From the NCBI GenBank assembly GCA_028023455.1, contig JAQFVV010000007.1, positions 7,068,001 to 7,132,000 of the forward strand: DNA of 64,000 nt. Reading direction: 5' to 3'. Source of the DNA: Epiperipatus broadwayi. Its lineage: Eukaryota; Animalia; Onychophora. Below, piece by piece: positions 29,003 through 41,033 of this stretch (within the stretch, counting starts at the first letter, position 1; each line of letters opens with the position of its first letter). A model generated the notes under the pieces. That model had not been told where the DNA came from. It did not search any database and worked only from the letters and a program-made list of their open reading frames with translations. A program made the translations under genes and the position numbers.

Positions 29003-30533
29003 TATAACACCCACCGACATATCTATAATCCTCCATTGTGGACTTTCACCCGAAGCTTCGACGAGAGGTATTTATGAGCATGGTTTGAACCCATCTCATG
29101 CACCAATCTTACCAGTAGGTAGGAATTACCTCCTCGAAAACATATATACAGGTTCTGATATATATCTGATATGGTGATGCACCAAACTAGCTCAATCTCA
29201 AGGTTGGGGACATCTGTCTATCTAGAGAACAAAGCTATAAACTAACCAACACTATCTCATGCGTATATTTATTTTGCGATAGCCTAAAGCTCGAAATCCT
29301 TACTCTAACCCGGGCTGATGGGATTTATTCTACTCGATCATATCCCTTCCCAATAAATCTCATTCGTACCTACATATAAGATTGCTATGCAGACACGCAG
29401 GCCATTCATTATCATACCCACACATATATCACGCTCATTCATCCACACACCAAATAATGCAAATACATATATATATGTGAGCTGTATGATTAATATAGTC
29501 ATATATCTAACTTTAAATATAAAATTTTAATATAGCAATTAACTGAGGTAACACGAGTTCTTTATTGAGATACATATATTGAAAATAGCTGGTGACATGT
29601 CACTTTACCTGTATTCGCGCAATTAAACAAGTCCGTATTGACGTCTTGCCATGAACTTAATCTGGTGGATCTCACGGATGGCAAACAGTTCCAATGGTCA
29701 TTAGGTCCGGCGATAGGTTTCAGAGGTGGAGCAGTTGGCGTACTCTTTCGCAAAGGTCTAAATCTCGAACGATTTTGAATCAACATTTCTTCGATGGAAC
29801 AAAATCTCTTGATTTATTATGACAGTTCGCAAGTCCGGTCAGGTGAGTTCATGACGAGTCCACGGAGTCGAGTAACGACTAGCACACAATCCAATTACCC
29901 CGACATTTTTTGGAAGAAAAAATATTAAACTTCTTAAGAAATAGATTTTTGCGTCCTCCTTGCTAGGATTCAAGCCGCGTCTCTCTTTTTTTTTCTTTTT
30001 TTCCACTCGAGCGCAAGACAAAAAAAAAAGTTCTTTTGTATTCACCTTTAACTCTTCAAAATCTTTCTGCATATTCCTACGCCGCTGACCAGTCCTTCCA
30101 TTGTTCTTCAACACAAAAAAAAACTATACCCACAGACCAGTTTTCCGCCTTCCCGGCGCCAGTTATTACCAAACTGCCTACAGCAATTCACTCATCCTAT
30201 TTCAGTCCTCACATGTTCACAAGGTGACTCAACAAAAGAAAACACGTGTTACCAAAATTATTAATAAACTCAAAAAAAAATATGTGAATAAAATCTATCT
30301 AAGAATAATTAATTGCGCTTTATACAGCTCTACATATATAAGTGATCGCAAACCTCCCAGATACTAACTACGTATTTTTATACTCGCACATACACTATAT
30401 TTACATTACTTGTAACCGGTTCAATGACCGTTTACATATATTCTTTTATTTATTTGTTTATACATGGTCCTTACATTAACACTATTAATTATGTCATATT
30501 TACATATGCGTGAATTCGAACCCGTTTGTTACA
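29003..30533 (-). repeat. 3' LTR (1531 bp)
   Basis: In element orientation it runs TGTAAC...GTTATA, is roughly 99% identical to 33832-35355, and is preceded by the PPT. Confidence 0.93.
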
Positions 30534-30544
30534 TACCCCCCTGG
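30534..30544 (-). other. Polypurine tract
   Basis: The minus strand reads ccaggggggta immediately before the TGTAAC start of the 3' LTR. Confidence 0.8.
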
Positions 30545-30604
30545 TGCGATAGCCTTCAAATACCTTCTTTGTATTTGAACGGCTTCTTAAATGACTCTTC
30601 TCTT

Positions 30605-33157
30605 TCACTTTATTTCTTTCGGGTTTACGAAAGGCTTGAGAGACCGTGCGTTATATGACCCTTTTATCCCCTGGCCAGTGTCCACCCAAAAAGCATGTTT
30701 TCCCAGACCTTTCACTATCGTAAACGGACCCTCATATAAATTACAAAATTTTTTGCAAACAAACTTCCCAGGTTCGCTTAGATGAGGCGTCTTCACCATT
30801 ACCTGGTATCCCACTTTAAAGGAGTGTGATGAACTTTTGAAACTCTCCTTGCGTTGTCTACTCCTGTGAAGCATCAGTTGGTATGCCTGCTGTCTATCCT
30901 TATCTAGATCAATGGGGTTCTCTTCTGAGAAAATCAGTCTGGAGCAACGCAGGTGCGTGTCTACCAAAATGCAAATGTATCGGAGTGAAGCCAGTAGATT
31001 CGTTCACCGCCCAATTCATATAATTTAAAATGTCGGGCAGGTGTTTGACCCACCTTCTATGGTCGGTTTGGATATACGTACAGAACAACCTACCCAATTC
31101 TCGCATCATTCTTTCGCAGGGATTTGACTGAGGGTTACGGATTGAGGTTAACACATGACCGATCTTCAAACGCTCAGTCCATTTCACCCACTCCCTCGAA
31201 ACGAATGGGGTTCCATGATCTGATATGATAGTTTGAGGTTTTCCCATGGATGGAATATGTTCCTTTTCCAGGACGCGTATCGTATTTCTCGTGTTGGCTT
31301 GAGCAAGGGGGTATGCAGACACCAATTTAGAGAACAAATCATAAACGACCAGGAGGTACCTCTTCTTATTAAAGGCCGGTAGTGGGCCATAATAATCGAC
31401 TGCAACAATTTCCTTAGGTCCTCTCGGAATCACGGATAACATCGGAGCTGCATATTTCTTATTTGCGGGCTTAACTCTCTGGCAAATTTCGCACTTCCCA
31501 ATGACCGCCGTGATCTTGCCACGCATGCCCGGCCAGTAAAATCACCTTCGGATCCATCCTTCAGTCTTCATGATCCCATAGTGGCCCGACCTACGGTGCA
31601 GGTGTGCCACCACTGCCGTCCTCATGTGCCACGGGATGACTGCCCTCCATTCAGCTGGAGTTTCCTTCACTCTGTATTGTAGTACACCTCGTTCCAATCT
31701 AAACTTTTGAATAGTCTGCCTGCCCCAAACCCCACTCAGTTTGGCTTCTTTACCCTCCAATTGGTCGATGACCGGCTGAAGTTGGCGGTCTTCTCTCTGC
31801 AAGTATTCCAGACGACGCAGATCGCTTTCTGAGATCTTCATCCGTCCTTAACCCTATGTTTGCTATGTACAAATTCTCAGTATTTAGATGGTATGATTGA
31901 TTGTCCACTGGATTGCGACTCAGAGTATCAGCCACCACATTGTCAGACCCTTTGCAATATCTCACCGTATAGTTGTACTCTTGGAGGTATAGGCTTCACC
32001 GTACTAATCGGCTATTTGTGAGGTAGCTATGGTTGATAAAATCCAGACTCTTGTGGTCAGTAATCACGATGACCTCCGAGCCCAGTAATAACGTTCAAAA
32101 CTTCTGAAAGGCCCAAACAATGGCCAACGCCTCTTTCTCAGTGGTCGTATAATGTACCTCGGAGCCTTTGAGCAGCCTGCTCAAGAAATATAGCATACCC
32201 ATCCTCCCATCTTCCTGCTCTTGAGCCAAGGTTACTCCGAGACTATATCCGCTGCTATCTGTCTGTACTATGAACGGCTTTGAAAAGTCAGGAAAGGCCA
32301 ACATAACATGTCCCAAGAACCCCGTCTTCACTCTTTGGAAAGCTTGGTCCTGCTCCTCCGTCCACTTCCACTCGTTACCTTTTTTAATAGCCTCACCAAG
32401 GGCTCCATCCGTTCCGCAAACTGTTCTTGAAAGCGGTTATAAAATGTACACAGACCCAAGAATGATCGGACCTGCTTCCTGGATCTCGGTTTTGGAAAGT
32501 CACGGATAGCCAAAATCTTGTCCGGGTGTGGTTTAAGTCCCTGGGCTCCCACTATATGCCCAAGAAAGGCCACTTCTTTCTGACACAGCGTGCTCTTTTT
32601 GATATTTATTTTTATGCCCTTTTTCTCACATTCTTCTAAAAATAGTCCCACTTCTCGTATATGTTCCTTGATATCAGTGGAGGCTATCAACACATCATCC
32701 ATGTAAATCGTGACCATGTCCTTTATCTCCGAAGATAGCACCTGGTCCAAGCACCTGAGTAGGCCGGCTCCGCTGTTTATTAAGCCAAAAGGCATCCTGT
32801 TAAATTGATATGAGTGACCCTCATATCTGAACGACGTGTATTGGCGATCTTCCGGATGTAACTTAATTTGCCAATAACTAGCCGTCAAATCGAAAGTCGA
32901 AAATACCTTCTTTCCTTGGAACTTCCGTAATAATTCTTGCATAGGAGGTGGTACGTTACAGTCCCGTACCGTCACTTTATTTAGCTGTCGAGCGTCAAGA
33001 CATAATCTAACGGATCCATCTTTTTTTTTTACTACTACCATCAGGTTACAATACGCTGATGAGCATTTTGATATAATTCCCCACTCTAACATTTGATCTA
33101 TTTGTTCTTTTACCGCTTTTCGGTATTGATGGGAAATGGGGTATGATCTAGCTTTGC
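30605..33157 (-). pseudogene. pol: pol (RT, RNase H, integrase with HHCC, DDE and GPY/F motifs), frameshifted
   Basis: RT: VRLCLDARQLN, FDLTASYWQI, RMPFGL, YMDD. RNase H: TDSSGYSLG, YTTTEKEALAI. Integrase: H..GH.G...T, C..C, VDYYGP, SDHGTPF, NPCER, YEGPF. It is split over several frames. Confidence 0.95.
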
Positions 33158-33821
33158 ATAAATCCCATCAGCCCGGGTTAGAGTAAGGATTTTGAGCTTT
33201 AGGCTATCGCAAAATAAATATACGCATGAGATAGTGTTGGTTAGTTTATAGCTTTGTTCTCTAGATAGACAGATGTCCCCAACCTTGAGATTGAGCTAGT
33301 TTGGTGCATCACCATATCAGATATATATCAGAACCTGTATATATGTTTTCAAGGAGGTAATTCCTACCTACTGGTAAGATTGGCGCGTGAGATGGGTTCA
33401 AACCATGCTCATAAATACCTCTCGTCAAAGCTTCGGGTGAAAGTCCACAATGGAGAATTATAGATTTGTCGGTGGGTGTTATAATATATATATATATAAG
33501 ACAGGCCAAACTCTCCATACAGTAGTACCACTCAGTGCAATCCAGAGTAATCAATGGATGCCAGAAGGCTTATGCATAAAATCTCTGGCTAGTGCCTACT
33601 CATCCAATATCTCCAGACTTGTTTGTAGCTTGTGACTTTCATCAGTGAGAAGTTTTGGATCAGAGAGCACTGCACTTAGATCTTAGGACTTCTTACTGAT
33701 GAAAGCAACAAGCTAGAACCTAGTCTGAGGATATTGGATGAGTAGGCACTAGATAGGGATTTTATGCACAAGCCTTCTGAAATCCATTGATTACTCAGGT
33801 TACACAGAGTGGCTCCAATGT
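33158..33821. repeat. 664-bp inverted duplication of 28665-29328 (host flank + TA + LTR end)
   Basis: 33498-33821 is the exact reverse complement of 28665-28988, and the (AT)7 spacer is the same length. 33158-33483 is the reverse complement of 29003-29328 with 7 substitutions. Confidence 0.95.
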
Positions 33822-33830
33822 TGGGCACCA
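33819..33830 (-). other. Truncated primer-binding site, tRNA-Lys type
   Basis: The minus strand reads TGGTGCCCAACA one nt after the LTR end. This equals the Lys PBS start TGGCGCCCAACG with two CpG transitions. Confidence 0.75.
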
Positions 33831-33831
33831 T

Positions 33832-35355
33832 TATAACACCCACCGACATATCTATAATCCTCCATTGTGGACTTTCACCCAAAGCTTCGACGAGAGGTAT
33901 TTATGAGCATGGTTTGAACCCATCTCACGCACCAATCTTACCAGTAGGTAGGAATTACCTCCTCGAAAACATATATACAGGTTCTGATATATATCTGATA
34001 TGGTGATGCACCAAACTAGCTCAATCTCAAGGTTGGGGACATCTGTCTATCTAGAGAACAAAGCTATAAACTAACCAACACTATCTCATGCGTATATTTA
34101 TTTTGCGATAGCCTAAAGCTCGAAATCCTTACTCTAACCCGGGCTGATGGGATTTATTCTACTCGATCATATCCCTTCCCAATAAATCTCATTTGTACCT
34201 ACATATAAGATTGCTATGCAGACACTCAGGCCATTCATTATCATACCCACACATATATCACGCTCATTCATCCACACACCAAATAATGCAAATACATATA
34301 TATATGTGAGCTTATGATTAATATAGTCATATATCTAACTTTAAATATAAAATTTTAATATAGCAATTAACTGAGGTAACACGAGTTCTTTATTGAGATA
34401 CATATATTGAAAATAGCTGGTGACATGTCACTTACCTGTATTCGCGCAATTAAACAAGTCCGTATTGATGTCTTGCCACGAACTTAATCTGGTGGATCTC
34501 ACGGATGGCAAACAGTTCCAATGGTCATTAGGTCCGGCGATAGGTTTCAGAGGTGGAGCAGTTGCATCTTCAAAGGTCTAAATCTCGAACGATTTTGAAT
34601 CAACATTTCTTCGATGGAACAAAATCTCTTGATTTATTATGACAGTTCGCAAGTCCGGTCAGGTGAGTTCATGATGAGTCCACGGAGTCGAGTAACGACT
34701 AGCACACAATCCAATTACCCCGACATTTTTTTGGAAAAAAAAAATATTAAACTTCTTAAGAAATAGATTTTTGCGTCCTCCTTGCTAGGATTCAAGCCGC
34801 GTCTCTTTTTTTTTCTTTTTTTCCACTCGAGTGCAAGACAAAAAAAAAGTTCTTTTGTATTCACCTTTAACTCTTCAAAATCTTTCTGCATATTTCTACG
34901 CCGCTGACCAGTCCTTCCATTGTTCTTCAACACAAAAAAAAACTATACCCACAGACCAGTTTTCCGCCTTCCCGGCGCCAGTTATTACCAAACTGCCTAC
35001 AGCAATTCACTCATCCTATTTCAGTCCTCACATGTTCACAAGGTGACTCAACAAAAGAAAACACGTGTTACCAAAATTATTAATAAACTCAAAAAAAAAT
35101 ATGTGAATAAAATCTATCTAAGAATAATTAATTGCGCTTTATACAGCTCTACATATATAAGTGATCGCAAACCTCCCAGATACTAACTACGTATTTTTTA
35201 TACTCGCACATACACTATATTTACATTACTTGTAACCGGGTTCGAATGACTGTTTACATATATTCTTTTATTTATTTGTTTATACATGGTCCTTACATTA
35301 ACACTATTAATTATGTCATATTTACATATGCGTGAATTCGAACCCGTTTGTTACA
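33832..35355 (-). repeat. 5' LTR (~1524 bp)
   Basis: Direct repeat of 29003-30533, followed in element orientation by the PBS. Confidence 0.93.
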
Positions 35356-36777
35356 ATATATATATATATATATAATAAAACAAATATATTGATTAGTATG
35401 TGTATCTATTTACATTTATTCCACAGGCACATGTATACTCCCATTCTCCTTATAACAGGTTACCTATGCCTAATCAATATACATATTATATTTTATATTT
35501 TGTGATATTAAGAACTATTATTCAAAACCTAACTAAACACTATAATAGTTATTTTATTTCATTTTTTTATATTATTATTTCCTACCTTAATAAATTATCA
35601 TCTTAATTAAACAAACTGCTGCAATATATATAAATGGTATATTTTGTAGGTTTATCCATGTATGATTTTGATTATAAATATACTGATGTTTCATCTTGAT
35701 CACCCAAGCCATCAACTGGGTGATGAATAGAATATCATAAAGATGGTTATAGAGGTATTGTAAACACTGATTTATAACAATGTTAAAGTTCTACCAATAG
35801 ATAGATAATTTATAATCAAATATACATGTATAAACTCACAAAATATATCACTTATACTTGCAACCTGTGATATCTTATCAATACACACATATATATGTAA
35901 CAATATATAATCAATAACATTCAAATATCTATAATTAAAATGGATTTAAGATCATACAGTCTATACATAAATTAAAACAATAGACAAAATTCATTTTATA
36001 ATTTTGAAATTATGCCAAAAACTTAGCATATATAACAACAGAACTTTCATGGTTTTTGACATCACATAATTCAGTGGGAGGTAGTTACTTCTATTTCAGT
36101 TACATATATAAATTATAGTATGTTTTGCATTTATAATTATTTAATTCTAAGTTCTTGCTAAGGCAGTATTCAATCAAGGTTAACTGATCAAGGCAAAAAG
36201 AAATAAAACTTCCAGGGTTTTTGCAATCAAAATATAGACTCTTTTGATCACCATACTTAATTTAGTATAGAGAAAAAGCATTACAGTTTACACTTATAGG
36301 TATAAGAAATTAAAGTATCATAACACTTTTTGATTTTATTATTTTGTAATAAATTCCTCCACTGGTAAATCAACAGTCAGATTGAGGGTCATACAGGTTC
36401 TTACTCATTTAATGTACTATTCTAGTTTTGTGATCAAATTGTACCGGACATATTTCTTTGACCACCATATACATTTTTAATGAGAGTTTACTATATTTTA
36501 TTATAATTCTGTTAGCTGTCAACCAATGGACCACATGACAATGAATACTATATCATTTATACCACATGATAAATTAACCCTCACTATAATTACTGCTATT
36601 TCCCCTTAGACCAGTATTATCCATAACTGCTAGCTTTTAATTTTTCTTTTTGATATTTAATTGTATAAATCACACACACATATTTATAAGATTTTATAAT
36701 TAGTTTCAAATGCTGGCCATAAAAAGAAGATAGACATTTTAATAAAAATTAACAATTTAATAACAATAATATTACTG

Positions 36778-36902
36778 TCATTTACATTCTTTATTACATT
36801 TACAATGCTTTATATAATTACAACCCACTATTGATGGTTTTACCATCAATAGTGGATTGTGATAATATGAAGCATTGCAAAAGTAATAAAAAATGTAAAT
36901 GA
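36778..36902. repeat. Small palindromic element
   Basis: Core ccactattgatggt-ttt-accatcaatagtgg with imperfect outer arms (tcatttacatt...aatgtaaatga). Confidence 0.7.
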
Positions 36903-39900
36903 TATTAATACTGTATGGATATGACAATGCAATAAGATAAAATTAATAACAATAAAGGTTAAATTACAAACCTATTATTTTTATACTTAAACTATACCTT
37001 AATGAAATAAATACACATTTTGTTTACAGATACAATAATAAAAAAAATAGAAAAATATATGTATACTGTAACGGTCAGAGGCATGTGTTCAGCCAACAAA
37101 ATTTAGAGACCTAACAAAAGTACATCAAACCCAGCATGTTCAGGATATGGTAGTCACAGAACAGTACTAAGCATTAGCCTATTTGGCAGTGTTCCAAAAT
37201 CTCCACTATCTGACCAACACTTCTAGCTCCCATTATTATTAACAATTACATTATAGACAAGGTTTATCTATCCCACACATCACTACTAACAGGCATGATT
37301 AATAAACTTAACTAAAGAAGACAGTGATATCTGGGTTTGAATTCTGTGCTGACTACATTATAGGTATTGACTATATTATTATAGGTATTGGCTGGATAGG
37401 CCAATCTCCATTATCAAGTAATATAAAATATATATATGTTCCTATGTAGACATGGTGTGGCATGTGCAGGAAACTGGAGCATGGGTTATGAATCACTATC
37501 ATCATAGAGTACCCATTTATTGGTTCAAAAACATGGCTATCTCCAATACTGGTAAAATATCTGCCTAGAACCTTGCATAGTATTACTCAACATCTTTTCA
37601 TTTATTGGAAGTATGTAGGCACAGATTATTCTACCAAGTAACATTGATATACTTGCCAAAAGGCACTAACTCATATATGGATAGATATTTAAGCATGTGT
37701 TTAAAATTTAATAAAACAAGCAATGATGTGAAAATCAAGATAACCATATTTTATAGGCTATAAAATGCCCATGAGCTTAAATATAAAGCTTAATTACAAA
37801 TTATTATAGTAAATCACTAATGAGCCAATAAGATACGCCTGCTGAGACAAAATACTTTCCCTCTAGATGAATGCAACATTAAATATAGTGGGATGAACAC
37901 ATACTTTCATAATAAATAACATTGCCTGTTTTACATTAAAAAAAACATGATTATTTCTTTACACTCATAAACAAACATACATGTAGATTATTTCATTTAA
38001 TTGTCACAAAGAATTTCAACCAAATATAAACTAAATAGATGTGGACTTAAATAATTATTTTAGCACTCATTTATTTTTAATTTTGGTAATGAGACATTAG
38101 TTTGATTACATATATAACAGTAGATTGAAAGTTTTAAATCAGATATTTAATTTTCTTTCTTTTTAAACAAACAAATGACTACATTATAACTCAGAAGGAT
38201 TTGGATGAAAGATTTAAGAAATTCAAGCTTGTGCTTGTTATTTTAAAGTTATAAAATGATTATTACTCTCCCCCTAAAGTTTGGAGACAAACCAATTTAT
38301 GCATTAATCGATTTAATAGTAAAACATCATTCCTCCAATGCTTGAGTCAGGCATATAATATAGATAAAATCAATCAATAAAATGTATATTTTTATAACTA
38401 AAAAAAATGATGAGGCATATTTCAAAATAAATAATAAAAAAATTGTATTTATAAAGTTTATAAAATTTTGTACCATTAACAATTAGAAATTAAGTTCTGA
38501 CATAGAATGATTTGTTATAAAAGAGTTACTACACTTATATATAGATTAATGTTTCATTTAATTATGTCTTCCTTTGGCGTCAAGGTTTGATTCCAAAGTA
38601 GTTTTGAGTCAAAGATTTAAATTTAGATAGTATAGATTTTATAGAAGGCACTTTAAATATTTTATCTTTAAAGATTAAAAGTTCATACTTGCATGCGAGG
38701 TTGTTGATGATTACTTTGATGAGGCAGGATGGCACAACTGTCTTCTTACAAATTAAAACTTAAGTTCTGGGCAGGCTCTTGGTGCACTGGATGCAGAAAA
38801 GGACTGGATTTGAAGCTGGTATGTTCTCCCCTTCTTGGTAGCAGCATCATGGAATCAATAAGTTTTTTCACACCAAAGATGCACTCTTTTCCTCTGGAGT
38901 TCTCTGAAAGAAAGGCAACTTGTTTTCTGCTCATAAGCCATGATGATACTTGAAAACCAGCATGACATCTACTTACACTCAGTGGTACATAAGAGAGAGT
39001 AAAAGAGAACTATAACCCAGTGTTTATAAGCCTACAAAGGTAAAAAAAATCTTAGCAAAAACCAAGAAATCATACTTAGCAATCCCTCCAGTTATCCTGT
39101 CTAGAGTTTTTCTTTATTCTTCTTATTTAAAAAAATATTTTAATTAATTCCCCAGACTTACTTTTGCTAGAAAAGAAAATATACTGGTTGACTAATATTT
39201 AACTTGCACCAATCTGCAAAACCTTATCAAGATTAAAATAAGATAAAAAACTTAACTGCCCCCAAAAATAAAAAATAATTTACATCCCAATGGAACTGCA
39301 TTTTTCCAAATTTTTAAAAAAACCTATAAAAATTCTTGCCTTTAGATGAATGTTTGGCTATCAATTAGTAAAATCTGTTAATTGCAAAAAATAAAAAAAT
39401 CAACTTAATTTTTCCATTTCTTTTTTTAGAAAAACATACAAAACCAAAAAAAAAAAAAAAATACATCTCTTTTCTAAATATCTAACTAAAATGTACTTTA
39501 GTGTTAACAATATATATATATATATATATATATAACATCATTCAATCATACACACACCTACATATATATATTATTTTGTTAATGAGGGTAAAGAATTAGC
39601 TATTTGATCTATCATCCTAGGTTCATAATACATTTAAATAAATATGAAGCTCTGTATGTGCATACACACAGACTGCTTCATATCCCTCAAGTTACAAAAA
39701 GAAGAAAAATAATAATAATAAAGATCAGTCCTACTCTGGTAATAATTTTTTTTTTCAGCAGTGACACCAAAAATTTAAATAAACAACTAAACTGCTTCAT
39801 AATTTTAAAAAAAGTTAACATATTCATATTGTTAGTAATTGATTAATAGTTTCCATACAACAAACATACATACACAAAAAAATTTACATATCTATATACT

Positions 39901-39959
39901 TGAAGGGTAATTTCAAAATTCAGGTCCATATTTCATTTCCAAGTCTATACTGATCATTA

Positions 39960-40400
39960 CTTCTTCCTTACCACCCTCTAAGTTTTCCCTGGATCTGGAG
40001 GTACCTGCTGGTAGGGTTTTAGACTCTGCATATTATATGTTCCCCTTATGGTCTTGAGAAATGCATTTTTCCCACAAACATTTGTTATCTTGAAAGGCCC
40101 ACAATAAAGTGGAAAGAACTTATATTGATCCTGCCATGGGTCACTAACACATGGCATGCATACCCACTTCTGGTCATCAACTTGGAAATGGTATGGTTGT
40201 ATGACCCCTATTCTTTGTTTTCCTGCAGTTTTCTTTAGGAGTTCCAAGGCTTCCTTTTGGTCTCCTTTATCAATTTTCTTTCCTCTGTTGATCACAGGGT
40301 TTTAATCATAACTGGAAGTTATGATCAAAATGAAGGTGGAGTGACATAAAGTTAGTGGCCTGATTAACAGTACGGTTGATGGGTTCTATCCAACTTCAGT
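39960..40400 (-). pseudogene. Integrase C-terminal fragment and PPT of a second, related gypsy family
   Basis: KFFPLYCGPFKITNVCGKNAF..IRGTYNMQSLKPY parallels KFCNLYEGPFTIVKGLGKHAF..IKGSYNARSLKPF of the main element. The purine run agagggtggtaaggaagaag follows the stop. Confidence 0.8.
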
Positions 40401-40881
40401 GCTTATTTCCCACATGATTTTCTTCTTCACTGATATACTCTCCAGAAATCTCAATACTAGCTTTAACAATAGCCATTGTCATATCTTTTATACAAGTCAT
40501 CAAGCGTTTATTGCTAGATTCGAGTCCTTTTCTATCCATACACCACACATTACTGTAGGCAAAGGATCACCTCTAAATTGTCACTGATGAGTAACATCTT
40601 TGTGAATATAAACTTTAACATCATTTACATTTTTTATCATGGTTAGGGGTTTAGAAACAAATAGTGCCTTGGCTTTGGTGGATCTAGATGGAAGTGAGAA
40701 CTTCCTCATACCTGCAGCATTTAGAGCAAACACTCTGAACTCATACTCTAAATCTTCATTTAAGCTTGTTACAGTGTAGTATAGAATAGTATCTATTTAA
40801 ATACACAGAGGAGGGATGGACAGAATGCAGGCTTAATGAAGATTTGAAATACAGGTATTCTTATACCTGGAACTTAATTGT

Positions 40882-41033
40882 AAATATAGGGGATTTGCAC
40901 TCAGACTTTCAAAAAACCTTCAATCATCCACATTATCTCATGGTATCTGTGTCTGGTTATGTGTATCACTAGTATGAGATAGTGTGGATGGTTGAAGGTT
41001 GCTTGAAAGTCTGAGTTCAAATCCCCTATATTT
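40882..41033. repeat. Palindromic MITE-like element with B-box-like motifs in both arms
   Basis: aaatataggggatttgcactcagactttcaa...atctcat / atgagat...ttgaaagtctgagttcaaatcccctatattt. Single arms also occur near 3205-3240, 19335-19360 and 62471-62515. Confidence 0.75.

Larger units (their letters stand above)
29003..35355 (-). mobile_element. Ty3/gypsy LTR retrotransposon, probably Osvaldo-like (long LTRs, tRNA-Lys PBS); rearranged and defective
   Basis: Two ~1.53-kb direct repeats, a PBS, a PPT and an RT-RNaseH-integrase order typical of Ty3/gypsy. Both flanks are (TA)n; no gag, protease or env is present. Confidence 0.95.

Noticed and set aside
28851-29177. ORFs repeated at 28851-29177, 33309-33635 and 33809-34006 that look like a small gene family
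   Set aside because: They arise from the duplicated hairpin repeat, TA run and LTR end, cross element boundaries, and have no coding signature.
30411-30533. Reading the 123-bp TGTAAC...GTTACA unit as the whole LTR
   Set aside because: The direct repeat extends 1.53 kb and the PBS lies at its far end (33819-33830), so the unit is only the LTR start.
33158-33821. Inverted duplication as an assembly artefact
   Set aside because: The copy has its own substitutions, several of them CpG transitions, and microhomology junctions. An artefact is unlikely, although read-level confirmation is still needed.
35680-35735. Hammerhead-like motif on the minus strand (..ttgatggcttg..caagatgaaacatcag)
   Set aside because: The CUGANGA core is not intact and stems I and III could not be formed.
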